DNA of 64,000 bases from a virus (Duplodnaviria; Heunggongvirae; Uroviricota; Caudoviricetes), in the IMG/VR virus record IMGVR_UViG_3300029571_000007, positions 19,007-83,006 of that record. The stretch is one strand, 5' to 3'. The position numbers and the translations under genes were made by a program. The notes beneath the pieces were generated by a model. The model ran no database searches. It saw only the letters and a list, made by a program, of their open reading frames with translations, and was not told the DNA's origin. Positions 50,233 through 60,644 of this stretch are shown in pieces (position 1 is the stretch's first letter; every line of letters starts with the position of its first letter).

Positions 50233-50862
50233 ATGTTCGGAGGACTATTAGCATTCTTAGGGATTTATGCAGGAAGTGCTGCGAAAGCAGCGTATGACAA
50301 TTATGATATGAAGAAGACAACTCGTACAGTTGATAAAGATGGAAATGTACATTATATGGACAGACTTTGCAATGATTACATCAATGGAGAACGAGTAAAA
50401 AGAGTTGAGACAACTGATAAAAACGGAGTCAAGTTATATTCTACAGTTGGTGTGAATAGCAGTAAAGTGTATAACACTTCTTATGGAAGGGGTACACAGC
50501 AGTTGTTTGAAATGAGTGAACATGAAAAGCAAGATGCAATTGAGCGTGGTAAATTGGCTTATATGCAGTACAATCCTTACTTCGGCAGACAAGTTACAAC
50601 GGAAATTGCCACTGGTAGAACAATTACTTGTCTATTTTCTGGTAAAGATCCAGAAACAGGAAAAATGATTTATAAGAAATGGTATTTCCGTCCAGAATGC
50701 CAGGATAAATATGATTGGAGGAATACTGCCAAGGGAGATTATGGCATTGATATCACAGAAGATGAATATAATAAGCTCAAGACGGTATTGAGCAGTTATA
50801 GTAATATTCCTAGTGATGGACAAGTGTTAAATAAATTATGGGGATATACTTGTTTTCATTAG
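50233..50862 (+). CDS. Hypothetical protein with N-terminal membrane anchor (~210 aa)
   Basis: ORF track 50224..; hydrophobic N-terminus. Confidence 0.55.
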   Translation: MFGGLLAFLGIYAGSAAKAAYDNYDMKKTTRTVDKDGNVHYMDRLCNDYINGERVKRVETTDKNGVKLYSTVGVNSSKVYNTSYGRGTQQLFEMSEHEKQDAIERGKLAYMQYNPYFGRQVTTEIATGRTITCLFSGKDPETGKMIYKKWYFRPECQDKYDWRNTAKGDYGIDITEDEYNKLKTVLSSYSNIPSDGQVLNKLWGYTCFH

Positions 50863-50877
50863 TTGGGAGGTCATAAA

Positions 50878-51126
50878 ATGAATAAGCAGAGAAGAGAAAA
50901 GATAAGGCAACTCAAAACTCAAATTGATTTGATTAAAACCGATTTGAAGAAAGCTTCAAGTGAGTTATCTTCTATATTGAATGAAGAACAGGAAGCATTT
51001 GATAATATGCCCGAAGGATTGCAGAGCAGTTATAGAGGGATGTGTTCTGAAGATGCTGTTGATAGTATGGAAGAAGCGAGTGAGAAACTTGATGAAGTGA
51101 TTGAGTTGCTAAGTGATGTTGTGTAA
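50878..51126 (+). CDS. Hypothetical coiled-coil protein
   Basis: ORF track 50863.. Confidence 0.5.
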   Translation: MNKQRREKIRQLKTQIDLIKTDLKKASSELSSILNEEQEAFDNMPEGLQSSYRGMCSEDAVDSMEEASEKLDEVIELLSDVV

Positions 51127-51231
51127 GAATAATATGAATACAAAAAGAGAATTGTATAAAATGCAATTCTCTTTTTCTTTACACAATGATATTATTGTGG
51201 TAACATCTTTATGGGAAGGAGTGTGACCACA

Positions 51232-51825
51232 ATGGCGAAAGATAATTATTTAAAGTTTCGTTGTACCGATAAAATGAAATCGACTGTTGAATCTAAAGCA
51301 AAAGAGAATAATATGAGTGTAACAGCTTATTTAGAATATTTAATAAGAAGGGATGTAGATACTATGAGAACTGTAATGAGTGATAATTTAACGGAGGATA
51401 TTGAAGTTAGGTTGAAAAAAGAAACAAGTTGCTATTTGTCAAGCAACAAAGAATGGTGGCTTTTTACTGATATGAATGTATTCAATAAAATAAGCAAAGA
51501 ATATAAATTTAATGAAGAAGCGGAAAATAGAAATAAGATTTATACTCATAATATAGAGGAATATCTACAAATAATTTGTGAAGATATGATAGAAACATTC
51601 TTTGGAAGACAAATACAATTTTCTGATTTTATAGAATCTACAATGGAAATTGTTGAAGATAATCCAGAAAAATTATATTGCAATGAATGGGATGAAATAC
51701 TTATAGATTACATAAAAGTCGGTATTATAACAAGTATCGCAAGCGATTTAGAAGATGAACTAAAAAGATTAGATAGTACCGGTTATGACATAGGAATTAT
51801 TAATCAGGCTATAGTCAATAAATAA
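51232..51825 (+). CDS. Hypothetical protein (~198 aa)
   Basis: ORF track 51211.. Confidence 0.55.
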   Translation: MAKDNYLKFRCTDKMKSTVESKAKENNMSVTAYLEYLIRRDVDTMRTVMSDNLTEDIEVRLKKETSCYLSSNKEWWLFTDMNVFNKISKEYKFNEEAENRNKIYTHNIEEYLQIICEDMIETFFGRQIQFSDFIESTMEIVEDNPEKLYCNEWDEILIDYIKVGIITSIASDLEDELKRLDSTGYDIGIINQAIVNK

Positions 51826-51857
51826 TAGTTTCATTGGAAGATGGGAGTTGAGAAATT

Positions 51858-52097
51858 ATGAGAATATCTAAAGATATACAAAGAAAAATGCATAAATTAG
51901 CACAACTGACTTCACAAGCAGCTATGCTTGATAAAGAAATCAATGATTATTTTGAAAGTAAAGGATATGATATTGATGAACTTCGTAGTGGGGACGGAAC
52001 AACGATTGACGAATTAAATTATGGCAATGATATTACAAATACTTTTGTTAATGATTTTGAAAATGGAAAGTATGAATATTGTCGGGATATAGGGTAA
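51858..52097 (+). CDS. Hypothetical small protein
   Basis: ORF track. Confidence 0.45.
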   Translation: MRISKDIQRKMHKLAQLTSQAAMLDKEINDYFESKGYDIDELRSGDGTTIDELNYGNDITNTFVNDFENGKYEYCRDIG

Positions 52098-52191
52098 CAA
52101 GAATCCAAGTTTTCATAAAACGGTAACGATGTCCGTAGGCAGAAAATCTCTGATGTGTTATAGTTAATTAAAAACACAAGGAGAATTTAGT

Positions 52192-52434
52192 ATGAAGAAT
52201 ATTGATAGAATGAAGCTGGCTCTTATAGATCAGATTACAAATATGACAACAGAACAATTTGAAAGATTAAACGATATATTGTGTGAAGAATATGACTTTA
52301 ATCATGGGTATGTTAATAAAGCTGCAATATTTACTTGTGAAGATTGTAGGAGATTATATGGAAAATGCGTTGAATCTGAACGAACAGAAGAATGCGATGA
52401 GCGATTTATAAAGTATTTAGAAAGTGAAGTGTAA
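52192..52434 (+). CDS. Hypothetical small protein
   Basis: ORF track. Confidence 0.45.
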   Translation: MKNIDRMKLALIDQITNMTTEQFERLNDILCEEYDFNHGYVNKAAIFTCEDCRRLYGKCVESERTEECDERFIKYLESEV

Positions 52435-52483
52435 TTTAAATGAAATCTAAGTTTGCTATGCGTTTAAGAATGGAGGTAATAGT

Positions 52484-52759
52484 ATGAAGATAACAAGAGA
52501 AATGGTAATAGAATTGAATAACGAATTAGCGGTTAAGGGTTGTCCATTCAGATATGAGTATGAGGGGGAAACAGAATATTCACGTATTCCACATATGGAA
52601 ATTGCATTACCAAATATGAATTGTGTTAGTAGCTACATTATTAATGTTACAAAAGACTTCCTTGAATGGCTTGACATATGGTTTAAAACAAAATATGGGA
52701 TTGAATTAACCTGCAACAATGATGGGAGTATCTTATGGGCTAAAAATTTTTGTGAGTAA
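52484..52759 (+). CDS. Hypothetical protein
   Basis: ORF track; GGAGG SD. Confidence 0.5.
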   Translation: MKITREMVIELNNELAVKGCPFRYEYEGETEYSRIPHMEIALPNMNCVSSYIINVTKDFLEWLDIWFKTKYGIELTCNNDGSILWAKNFCE

Positions 52760-52795
52760 AAGGCAAAGAAATTTAACTTTCCTTGGAGGTGAAAG

Positions 52796-53086
52796 ATGAT
52801 GGATAATTTGGTACAAAAATTAAATTGGGATATGCCATTTATAAAAAATCAGTGTATGTTTGTTTATGCAGATGCTGATTTAGATTCTAATCAAAAAATG
52901 CAAGAACCACTACAAAAACTGTATCAGTATGAAAATCAGCCTATAAAAAATGAACTAAAAGAGTATAAAAATAAAATTTTTGAAGCAATCTTGGAACATT
53001 TCGAGAACCCATATTGTGCGAGAACTGACGCTGGAGAAGTGATATATCAAAGAGAAATTATTGAACTAATAAATAGAATAGAGTGA
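52796..53086 (+). CDS. Hypothetical protein
   Basis: ORF track. Confidence 0.5.
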   Translation: MMDNLVQKLNWDMPFIKNQCMFVYADADLDSNQKMQEPLQKLYQYENQPIKNELKEYKNKIFEAILEHFENPYCARTDAGEVIYQREIIELINRIE

Positions 53087-53115
53087 AAGAGTTATTTCAA
53101 ATGGGAGGTGTAATT

Positions 53116-53337
53116 ATGGAAAGAGTATATCCTTCAGATTTTAACATGTCGGAAAATAAATCACAAGAATCCTTTGTTAGAGTGAGCGAAATAAATGATA
53201 TGATTGCATATGGTGTATTCAAATTAGATAGAAATAAATTAAAAGAATATAAGTTTGATACAATAGTAATATACAATAAGGAAAGATATACGAGAGAGGA
53301 AGCAATGAATTTGTTCGGAAGTTTGGTTGGATTATAA
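53116..53337 (+). CDS. Hypothetical small protein
   Basis: ORF track 53083.. Confidence 0.45.
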   Translation: MERVYPSDFNMSENKSQESFVRVSEINDMIAYGVFKLDRNKLKEYKFDTIVIYNKERYTREEAMNLFGSLVGL

Positions 53338-53560
53338 ACCCAAAGAAAAATTGCTTTCAATAGCAGAACGGAGGATAATAAAAATGGAAAGACAGTACAT
53401 TGTAGAAGTGACAATAACGGTTGATGACAAAGATTTGTTTCATGGACAAACAGTTGATGAATTAGTTTTTGGATAGTTTAGAAGAAGCTCCTTTCCAAGT
53501 TGATACTATAGTGGTAAAATAAAGACAGTTGAAGATTGTTTTCAAGAGGAAAGTAATTAT

Positions 53561-54175
53561 ATGGAAATAAATATAGGTGATAAATTTGGTAATTGGACTG
53601 TACTAGCTTTGTCAGATAAAACGGATTCGTCACACAATAAGTATTACACATGTCAATGTGTGTGTGGGACAATTAGAGCAATTAACAAAGGAAAATTAAT
53701 TTCAGGAAAGTCTAAGTCTTGTGGTTGTAAAAGAAAATTAGATATGACTAGGAAAATCGTAAAAGATTTATTGTTTTTAGAGCCTTTTGGCTATGAAAAT
53801 GGAAAAGTTATATGGAAATGTAAATGTCTAAAATGTGGAAGAATGTGCTACAGAACGGTATCTGAGGCAAAAAAGGTTGGTACTTGTGGAAATCATAGAG
53901 ATGGGAAAACATTAAATGAAAATAGAAAAAAGCGTACACAGGTCGATGGAACGATTGTACAAACTTTAACTCAAAAAGTTTCAAAAAATAATACTTCAGG
54001 TATAAAAGGAGTTTCTTTTGACAAAACCAGAAAATTGTGGGTTGCTCAAATTGGATTTCAAGGAAAGAATTATAGTCTCGGTAAATTTAAAAAAATTGAA
54101 GATGCAGAAAAAGCTAGAAAAGATGCAGAAGATAGATTTTTTAAACCGATTATAGATAAGTATAAAAAAGACTGA
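53561..54175 (+). CDS. HNH-type homing endonuclease-like protein with C-terminal AP2 DNA-binding domain
   Basis: N-terminal GNWTVL...YYTCQCVCG...SKSCGC pattern; C-terminal SGIKGVSFDKTRKLWVAQIGFQGKNYSLGKFKKIEDAEKARKDAE is an AP2-type domain. Confidence 0.55.
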   Translation: MEINIGDKFGNWTVLALSDKTDSSHNKYYTCQCVCGTIRAINKGKLISGKSKSCGCKRKLDMTRKIVKDLLFLEPFGYENGKVIWKCKCLKCGRMCYRTVSEAKKVGTCGNHRDGKTLNENRKKRTQVDGTIVQTLTQKVSKNNTSGIKGVSFDKTRKLWVAQIGFQGKNYSLGKFKKIEDAEKARKDAEDRFFKPIIDKYKKD

Positions 54176-54192
54176 TTTGAAAGGAAGGAAAA

Positions 54193-54528
54193 ATGCCAAG
54201 AATTAGAGATTGTGTTATTTGTGGTAAGAGGTTTACAAGTTACCATGGAATAAATGTATGTAGTGAACAATGTAAAATAGAAAAAAAGAAACGACAAGAT
54301 GAAAATTCGAATAAAAGAAGATATAGTAAGGAATCGAATACACCAATAATTAAAATCTGTCCTATTTGTGGAGAAAAGTTTGAAACACTTAGAAGAACAT
54401 ATTGTTCAGAAGAGTGTTCTGAGAAAGCACATAAAATACATGTAAAGGAAATTTCAGATCAATACTATAAAGATCATAGAGAAGAAATAATTGATAAAGT
54501 AAAAGAAAGAAAGAGTAATAAATATTAA
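54193..54528 (+). CDS. Zinc-ribbon protein (four CxxC pairs)
   Basis: CVICGK..CSEQC..CPICGE..CSEEC. Confidence 0.5.
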   Translation: MPRIRDCVICGKRFTSYHGINVCSEQCKIEKKKRQDENSNKRRYSKESNTPIIKICPICGEKFETLRRTYCSEECSEKAHKIHVKEISDQYYKDHREEIIDKVKERKSNKY

Positions 54529-54587
54529 TCATAAGGAAGCAGAAATCAACTGCTTCTTTTTTATTGCAAAAATGAGGTGAATAATGT

Positions 54588-54845
54588 TTGAGTAGATATA
54601 AGAATGGAAACCCAAAACATGCAAGTCGATTCATATGTTTAAAATGTATGAATGAAAATATGTTAGCCAGTGGAATTCAGAGACAGAGACAAAGAGAACG
54701 AAAACATATTAAGGATTTGTATTGTTTGAAGTGTGGAGAGGTAACGAAGTGCATCGAAGTAAGATTTTGTGATTCTTATGAAGAAATTTTTGAGGTTGCA
54801 AAGATAAAAAGAGAGAATTATTACATAGACAATTATGAAAGGTAG
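54588..54845 (+). CDS. Small zinc-ribbon protein
   Basis: CLKC....CLKCGE motif. Confidence 0.45.
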   Translation: MSRYKNGNPKHASRFICLKCMNENMLASGIQRQRQRERKHIKDLYCLKCGEVTKCIEVRFCDSYEEIFEVAKIKRENYYIDNYER

Positions 54846-55851
54846 GTTGATGATAATGTGTTATAAAATAGAAGTGCAGAATAAAAATGCGGAGAAGCTT
54901 AATAAAAAATTAGATGAGTTAAATGCACCACAATTTTTAAGAGATTACTTAAATGAGTTGGAAAGCAAAAACGGAGCGCTAAATTATTTAGTGGCAATTA
55001 AAGATTTTTTACAGTGGTTGATTGAAAGTAATATTATTAATAAGAAATCAATTTCTGAAATAGAAGTTTCTGATTTTAATGACCTAAGACCACAAAATAT
55101 TAGTTCATATCTTAGATATAAGGAAACAAATGGAATGTCACCAACCACAACAGAAACAAGGAAAAATATCATTAAAAGTTTTATACAGGATATTTATTCA
55201 TACAGAGAGTGTTTGTTAAGAGAAGTTTATAGTAATATAGAAGATTTTTACAAAATGATTAAATATAAGGGAATCCCATCTGGAAACAACTTAATAAAAA
55301 AACTTCCAACAGAAAAGCAGCTTAATGACATGGAAGAGAAGATAATGTGGAAAAAGGATATTGCAGTAAAAAATAGGAATATTGCTATCTTTAGGGTATT
55401 AAGGGGCACTGGTATAAGAGAGTCAGAGCTTGCTGGCTTAGATTTATCTGATTTACATTTGAAGGAAGAAATGCCATACATTACTATTCTTGGCAAAGGT
55501 GTGTACAGAGAAATGCAAAATAGAACCGTATATCTTAGCGGATCAGCCTTAAAAGCATTGAAAGAGTGGTTAGAGTATAGGTTGACATTGGATAATATTA
55601 TTGATACAGAAGCAGTTTTTATTAATAAAAACGGAACACGTACAACAGAGAAAAATATTAAGCAGATATTTGAAAATTACGGAAATGGTATTACTGCACA
55701 TATGATGAGACATTATTATGCTACTGTAATGAATCAAAATGGAAATCTTGCATTCGTACAACAGCAGCTTGGGCATAGTAGTGTAAAAACAACTGTCAAA
55801 AATTATGCAAATGGAGCAGTGGGAATGAAAAATGTACTAAATAATATGTGA
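54835..55851 (+). CDS. Tyrosine recombinase (XerC/D-like; second copy in window)
   Basis: Box I LRGTGIRESELAGL, box II HMMRHYYAT, LGHSSVKTTVKNY (R..HxxR..Y); true start probably Met at 54850/54856 after AAAGGTAGG SD. Confidence 0.8.
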   Translation: MKGRLMIMCYKIEVQNKNAEKLNKKLDELNAPQFLRDYLNELESKNGALNYLVAIKDFLQWLIESNIINKKSISEIEVSDFNDLRPQNISSYLRYKETNGMSPTTTETRKNIIKSFIQDIYSYRECLLREVYSNIEDFYKMIKYKGIPSGNNLIKKLPTEKQLNDMEEKIMWKKDIAVKNRNIAIFRVLRGTGIRESELAGLDLSDLHLKEEMPYITILGKGVYREMQNRTVYLSGSALKALKEWLEYRLTLDNIIDTEAVFINKNGTRTTEKNIKQIFENYGNGITAHMMRHYYATVMNQNGNLAFVQQQLGHSSVKTTVKNYANGAVGMKNVLNNM

Positions 55852-55871
55852 TATGTAAAGGACAATACAGA

Positions 55872-56138
55872 TTAGTTTGTGTCGTCCTTATTATTTAATT
55901 TATAAAATTCATTTGTATAAGCTAGTAATCGTTTCATTTGAGCATCATCTGTATCAAGTATTTCAATTGGTGAACAGTTTAATTCTTTGCAGATTGATTC
56001 TAAAATATCAAATTTAATCGAGGTTGATTCACCTTTATAGATTTTGTCGATTGTTGGATATGTTACTCCTATTTTTTTAGCCAGTTCATAACGTGTCATA
56101 TTTTTTTCTTTTAACTTATTTTGAATAGATAATCTCAT
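55872..56138 (-). CDS. XRE-family HTH transcriptional repressor
   Basis: ORF track 55872..56294 trimmed to MRLSIQN start with AGGAGG SD; HTH MTRYELAKKIGVTYPTIDKIYKGE; divergent from toxin gene. Confidence 0.75.
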   Translation of the reverse strand: MRLSIQNKLKEKNMTRYELAKKIGVTYPTIDKIYKGESTSIKFDILESICKELNCSPIEILDTDDAQMKRLLAYTNEFYKLNNKDDTN

Positions 56139-56214
56139 AAATGCAATCCTCCTATATACATAGAGTACCATATATAAAAGAAAAAATAAATATAAAAAAT
56201 AATTGTAATAATAC

Positions 56215-56243
56215 TTGACAATATATATAGTGAAGTATATAAT
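56215..56243 (+). promoter_or_regulatory. Consensus sigma-70-type promoter of MazF-like gene
   Basis: TTGACA-17 nt-TATAAT exact consensus; ~40-nt leader then AAAGGAGGG SD and ATG at 56287. Confidence 0.65.
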
Positions 56244-56286
56244 ACAAAATATCAAAGGAACAAACAGAGAAAGGAGGGCTAAAGCA

Positions 56287-56637
56287 ATGGACATAAAACG
56301 TGGTGAAATATACTTCGCAGATGTAGGTAGATATGATTCTCAGGGTTCTGAACAGAGTGGTAGAAGACCAGTGTTAATACTTCAGAATGACATTGGAAAT
56401 AAATTTAGCCCTACCACTATTATTGCCATTATAACTACGAAGTCTAAAAGGGAATTACCAACTCACGTTGAGTTACATAAAGATAAATTCAACGGATTAA
56501 AACACGATTCTGTTGTAGCTCTTGAACAAATTACCACAATAGATAAAGATAGACTAAAGTTTAAGATTGGTAATTTATCTAATGATGATAATGTTCGTGT
56601 TATGGAAGCGATGAAAATAAGTCTGGCTATGATATAG
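56287..56637 (+). CDS. MazF/PemK-family endoribonuclease toxin (solitary; no upstream MazE-like ORF)
   Basis: MDIKRGEIYFADVGRYDSQGSEQSGRRPVLILQNDIGN matches the PemK/MazF N-terminal signature; 116 aa. Confidence 0.8.
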   Translation: MDIKRGEIYFADVGRYDSQGSEQSGRRPVLILQNDIGNKFSPTTIIAIITTKSKRELPTHVELHKDKFNGLKHDSVVALEQITTIDKDRLKFKIGNLSNDDNVRVMEAMKISLAMI

Positions 56638-56652
56638 GAGAGAGGAGAGAAT

Positions 56653-56952
56653 ATGTTTATGAAGACAGAAGCATATGATTATTCAACAATTGATGAAGCT
56701 ATAGAAAGATTACAGAAGTTGAAAACTGAAGGTAAAAATCCTAAAAATGTAGTAATACTTACAATGGATTTTGATAATAATACTTCGTCAAAAAAAATTG
56801 CGTCACCTGATGATGGATGTCTTTTAGTAAAGAAGTCAAAGACAATTATTATGAATGAAGATGAATATATTCCACACATGCAGCTTTTTAATACAGAACA
56901 GAATATAAAGAATATCATTAGAAGAGGAATAATGCATGACATACTATTATAA
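56653..56952 (+). CDS. Hypothetical protein downstream of toxin (99 aa)
   Basis: ORF track; GAGAGGAGAG SD; could be a downstream-encoded antitoxin (unverified). Confidence 0.5.
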   Translation: MFMKTEAYDYSTIDEAIERLQKLKTEGKNPKNVVILTMDFDNNTSSKKIASPDDGCLLVKKSKTIIMNEDEYIPHMQLFNTEQNIKNIIRRGIMHDILL

Positions 56953-57407
56953 TAATTTGTCCAGATAATAGAATAGAAAATATGATAAAATATAGTATTC
57001 GTAATAATTCTGCTATATTTTATCTTTACATAATTTGAGATTTTATGCAGTGTGTATAAAATAAAATGCAAAATTGTTTCGAATATATGTTTGTGTTCTA
57101 TTGACATCGAATACATGTTCGGATTATAATATGCAATATGGAAATGGAAATAAGAAATAAAAGAGACTATACGGATGCTCGTGCGACCAAACACTTTTTG
57201 AACATCATCATATATAGCCTCTTTCTACGAAGGAGAAGAGCAACAATGTACTCTACTCACATTTATTATATGATATTTCTTTATTTTTAGTCAATGTACT
57301 TTCGTACATTTTTTCCAAAAATTACCAAATTTAATAGTGTTTTAATTTTTCTTTGGTATACCCAAAGTTTATTAAAGTACGCCAAAAGTCAGAAGGGAGT
57401 GATTTTT

Positions 57408-58001
57408 TTGGATTATGTAATAAGAAGTGGCAAAGTTTATATCCGTGTCAATAATGGGAAAACAGAAACTTGTGCAGAAAAAATGAAAGGTATATTTAGT
57501 GAAACAAAAGCAAGAAATATATTACATTCATTACCAAAAACATTAAAGAGATATGGTTTTCATATCGAAGCAATACCTGATATACCACCTAAAACCATAG
57601 AAAATAATACATATAAAATACCCGAATCCGTTTCACAATGGATTGATAAATTCGGTTCAATTGGACAGACGTTAAATGAAGCGGAAGCGAGAAGTAACAT
57701 ACTCATAGCTGAACTTAATACTTGTGATGATGAACTTATAGATATTGTTCATGATGCTGAATTAGAGAATGATATGAATATGTATAAAGGATATCTGTTA
57801 TATGTCAGACTTCGTAAGAATCGTAGAAGAAGACGTGAATTAAAGGATGAACTAATGATTATATCTGATGTATTGGATGAAATAAAGCAACCATCAAAAT
57901 TTCAAAAAGAGCGTATTCAGAAAGCTGTTGATGGATTATTACATAGAAAATATAAGTATCGTGTTACGGAAATAGAAGAAGATGAAAAAAGTGCGAAGTA
58001 A
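57408..58001 (+). CDS. Hypothetical basic protein
   Basis: ORF track 57294..; probable TTG start after GGGAGTGAT SD. Confidence 0.45.
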   Translation: MDYVIRSGKVYIRVNNGKTETCAEKMKGIFSETKARNILHSLPKTLKRYGFHIEAIPDIPPKTIENNTYKIPESVSQWIDKFGSIGQTLNEAEARSNILIAELNTCDDELIDIVHDAELENDMNMYKGYLLYVRLRKNRRRRRELKDELMIISDVLDEIKQPSKFQKERIQKAVDGLLHRKYKYRVTEIEEDEKSAK

Positions 58002-58037
58002 ATCGAGAATATATAAATGGAAAGGTAGGTAGATGGC

Positions 58038-58694
58038 ATGATTAATAAAGAAATGATGTTGGTTATTAAAAACAATCCTAAATTGTCAGAAATACTTGAT
58101 TTATATATGGCAAATGAAATGAAGAAGTTAAAAAATATTTGCTATAAAATATGGAAAGGTAAGGTTGATAATTACGAAGAAGATGAATTGCTTGACGATG
58201 CTATAGAAGTATTAATAGAATCTTTAGTTACATATGACGCTAAAAGTAAGGCAAAATTTGAAACTTACCTAACGGGTAATATTTCAAGATCGTCTTACAG
58301 TTGGTTTCGGGATAATAAATATACAGGCTGCCGAAATAATCTTGCCAGAGATGGTAATGGAAAGATTATATATGAAGATGTTAATGGCAAGAAAAGACCT
58401 ATAAGAATTGACAATGTTTCATTTGACTTGGATAGTGACGAAACACAGAATTTAAAAGAAACACTATCATCCAAGATAAACATAGAAGATATTCTCATTG
58501 CGGAGGAATATACAGATAAGGTTGAACTATATCTTAGCAATTTACCTAAAAGAGTTAGAGGCGTAGCAAAGTTATTTTCTCAAGAATACAATCGAGATGA
58601 AATTATGGAATTATTACATATAACAGAACAACAATTATTAGACTGTATGAAGATTCTAAAGTCATACGAATACATATCATTATTATTTAATTAA
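58038..58694 (+). CDS. Sigma-70-family (region 2 / region 4) sigma factor, phage-encoded
   Basis: DELLDDAIEVLIESLVTYDAKSKAKFETYLTGNISRSSYSWFRDN resembles sigma region 2; C-terminal DEIMELLHITEQQLLDCMKILK HTH resembles region 4. Confidence 0.5.
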   Translation: MINKEMMLVIKNNPKLSEILDLYMANEMKKLKNICYKIWKGKVDNYEEDELLDDAIEVLIESLVTYDAKSKAKFETYLTGNISRSSYSWFRDNKYTGCRNNLARDGNGKIIYEDVNGKKRPIRIDNVSFDLDSDETQNLKETLSSKINIEDILIAEEYTDKVELYLSNLPKRVRGVAKLFSQEYNRDEIMELLHITEQQLLDCMKILKSYEYISLLFN

Positions 58695-58712
58695 AGAAGG
58701 GAGAATATTACA

Positions 58713-60257
58713 ATGGCAGTAATGTTAGGAAGAGATAAGGTAGTAAAGACACAATTAATGTTAGGAACGGTGATTAAGCAGTTTAGAACAAATGTAATCA
58801 ATAAGAATCATCCATTACAGAGAAAACCTGATCAGTGGTCGGACGAAGCAAAATCTGGACTTGCTGCCAGTGTAATTAAACATGAAGATATTGATTCAAT
58901 TAAATTATGTGAACAGATTTACGAAAATAGTTTCACAAACTGGCTTATTGATGGATTACAGAGATTAACTGTATTGGAAGAGTTTAAAAATAATGTCTTT
59001 GCAATGGGAAAATCATTGAGAATGTCTATGATAGCTTATCAAGCTGAAGATGGAAGTGGTAATGTTGTTGAGTATGATTTAAGAGGTAAGAAATACAAAG
59101 ACCTTCCAGATGAGTTAAGAGAAGAATTTGATAATTTCCAGGTAGATATAGTTAAGCATCTTGATTGTACTAATGAAGAGATAGCTTATCATATTGATAG
59201 ATATAATAAGCAGACAAGTATGAATACAAATCAGAAAAATGTTTTGATGATGTATAAAGTGGTAGATTCACTTAAAAGGGTTACAAAGAATAGATTCTTC
59301 TTGGACTGTGGTGAATATACAGCACCTGAAAGAAAGAAAGAAGTATTAAATAGAGTAGTTGAAGAGTCATTAATGTTAATGTTCCATTCTGATTCTTGGA
59401 AGAAAAACGTAGCTATGGCTAAGTATCTTAATGAAAATGCCGCAGAAGAGGAATTCAATATATTAGAAGAGGAACTTAATAGATTACAAAAAGTAATAGA
59501 TCAAGATACTAACGGACAGTTATTTAATAGCAAGAATAGCTTTATTTGGTTGGCAGCTTTTCATAAGTTTACTTCATATAACATAGAAGATATTAAATTT
59601 GCTGATTTCTTAAATGAATTTCAGGGAATATTACATAGCAAGACATTTAAAGAATATGATAATGAATCATTTGATACATATGATAGCAACCGAAGCACAA
59701 AGGATAAAAAAGTTGTAATGGCTAAGTTAGATATGGTTACTAAGCTTATGGAAGAATATTTACATATAAATAAGGAAGAAACTCATTCAGAAATCGAAGA
59801 AGTTGTTGAAAATACAACAGAAAACACAGTACAAATTATCTCTGAAACAGAGAATAATACTATGTCTTCTAATGAAGACGATGAAACAGATAGTAATATA
59901 TCAGAACAGAATACGGGTAGTTCTGATGTATTACAGTTTGTTCAAAATAGTGTGGCAGAAGATATAGAGAATGAAGATATAAGTGAATATCAAGATTTTG
60001 TTGATGTATATATTGATATAAATTCATCGTTATATAAACAGTGTGAAGCAGCGTTAATGGCATTAACAGCTTATGCTTATAAAACTGATAAGGATGAAGA
60101 ACTTGCAACTTGGATTGAACAGTATCAGAAGAATTCAATTGATAAGACATATAGTTCTTCGCAGGAAGTAAATTATAGATATATGAAGAGAGATTTTGAT
60201 AATTACATAAATTTCTTAAATAATATGGAGAAAGGAAGAACAGCTAGTGTTAATTAA
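58713..60257 (+). CDS. DUF262 (ParB-like nuclease domain, DGLQR box) protein with acidic C-terminal extension
   Basis: TNWLIDGLQRLTVLEEF matches the DGQQR-type DUF262 signature; 514 aa; no HNH/DUF1524 half seen. Confidence 0.5.
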   Translation: MAVMLGRDKVVKTQLMLGTVIKQFRTNVINKNHPLQRKPDQWSDEAKSGLAASVIKHEDIDSIKLCEQIYENSFTNWLIDGLQRLTVLEEFKNNVFAMGKSLRMSMIAYQAEDGSGNVVEYDLRGKKYKDLPDELREEFDNFQVDIVKHLDCTNEEIAYHIDRYNKQTSMNTNQKNVLMMYKVVDSLKRVTKNRFFLDCGEYTAPERKKEVLNRVVEESLMLMFHSDSWKKNVAMAKYLNENAAEEEFNILEEELNRLQKVIDQDTNGQLFNSKNSFIWLAAFHKFTSYNIEDIKFADFLNEFQGILHSKTFKEYDNESFDTYDSNRSTKDKKVVMAKLDMVTKLMEEYLHINKEETHSEIEEVVENTTENTVQIISETENNTMSSNEDDETDSNISEQNTGSSDVLQFVQNSVAEDIENEDISEYQDFVDVYIDINSSLYKQCEAALMALTAYAYKTDKDEELATWIEQYQKNSIDKTYSSSQEVNYRYMKRDFDNYINFLNNMEKGRTASVN

Positions 60258-60441
60258 AACATTGTTAAAAAGTATTGTATTAAAAAAGAAAATGCAAATT
60301 GAAATAATGGAAACCTTGTCTGATATTTGTTTATATATGCAATTAGACGGATTCAAAAAAGATAATGGGTATGGTCAATTTATGTATACACACTATAGCA
60401 ATTTACAGGATATTTTAAAAGAGTATAAGGGAGAAAAATAA
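60247..60441 (+). CDS. Hypothetical small protein (start uncertain)
   Basis: ORF track (non-ATG start). Confidence 0.3.
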   Translation: MLIKTLLKSIVLKKKMQIEIMETLSDICLYMQLDGFKKDNGYGQFMYTHYSNLQDILKEYKGEK

Positions 60442-60443
60442 CT

Positions 60444-60644
60444 ATGCCAGATATTACAATGTGTACAAGCAAAACATGTGAAAGAAGAAAACAGTGTTAT
60501 AGAGCAATAGCAAAGCCAGATAAGATACAAAGTTATGCTGATTTTACTTCGTTATGTGCAGATAGAGATTTTAGGTGTCAATGGATTGTTACTGACAGAG
60601 AAGTACTTGCTGATGATATAAGTAGCTTGTTAGTAAGATGCTAA
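60444..60644 (+). CDS. Hypothetical small Cys-rich protein
   Basis: ORF track; AAGGGAG SD. Confidence 0.5.
   Translation: MPDITMCTSKTCERRKQCYRAIAKPDKIQSYADFTSLCADRDFRCQWIVTDREVLADDISSLLVRC

Noticed and set aside
55872-56294. Long N-terminal hydrophobic extension of the XRE repressor ORF (start at 56294)
   Set aside because: The extension would overlap the MazF promoter and SD on the opposite strand and reads as low-complexity; an AGGAGG SD precedes the internal Met (MRLSIQN) at 56138.
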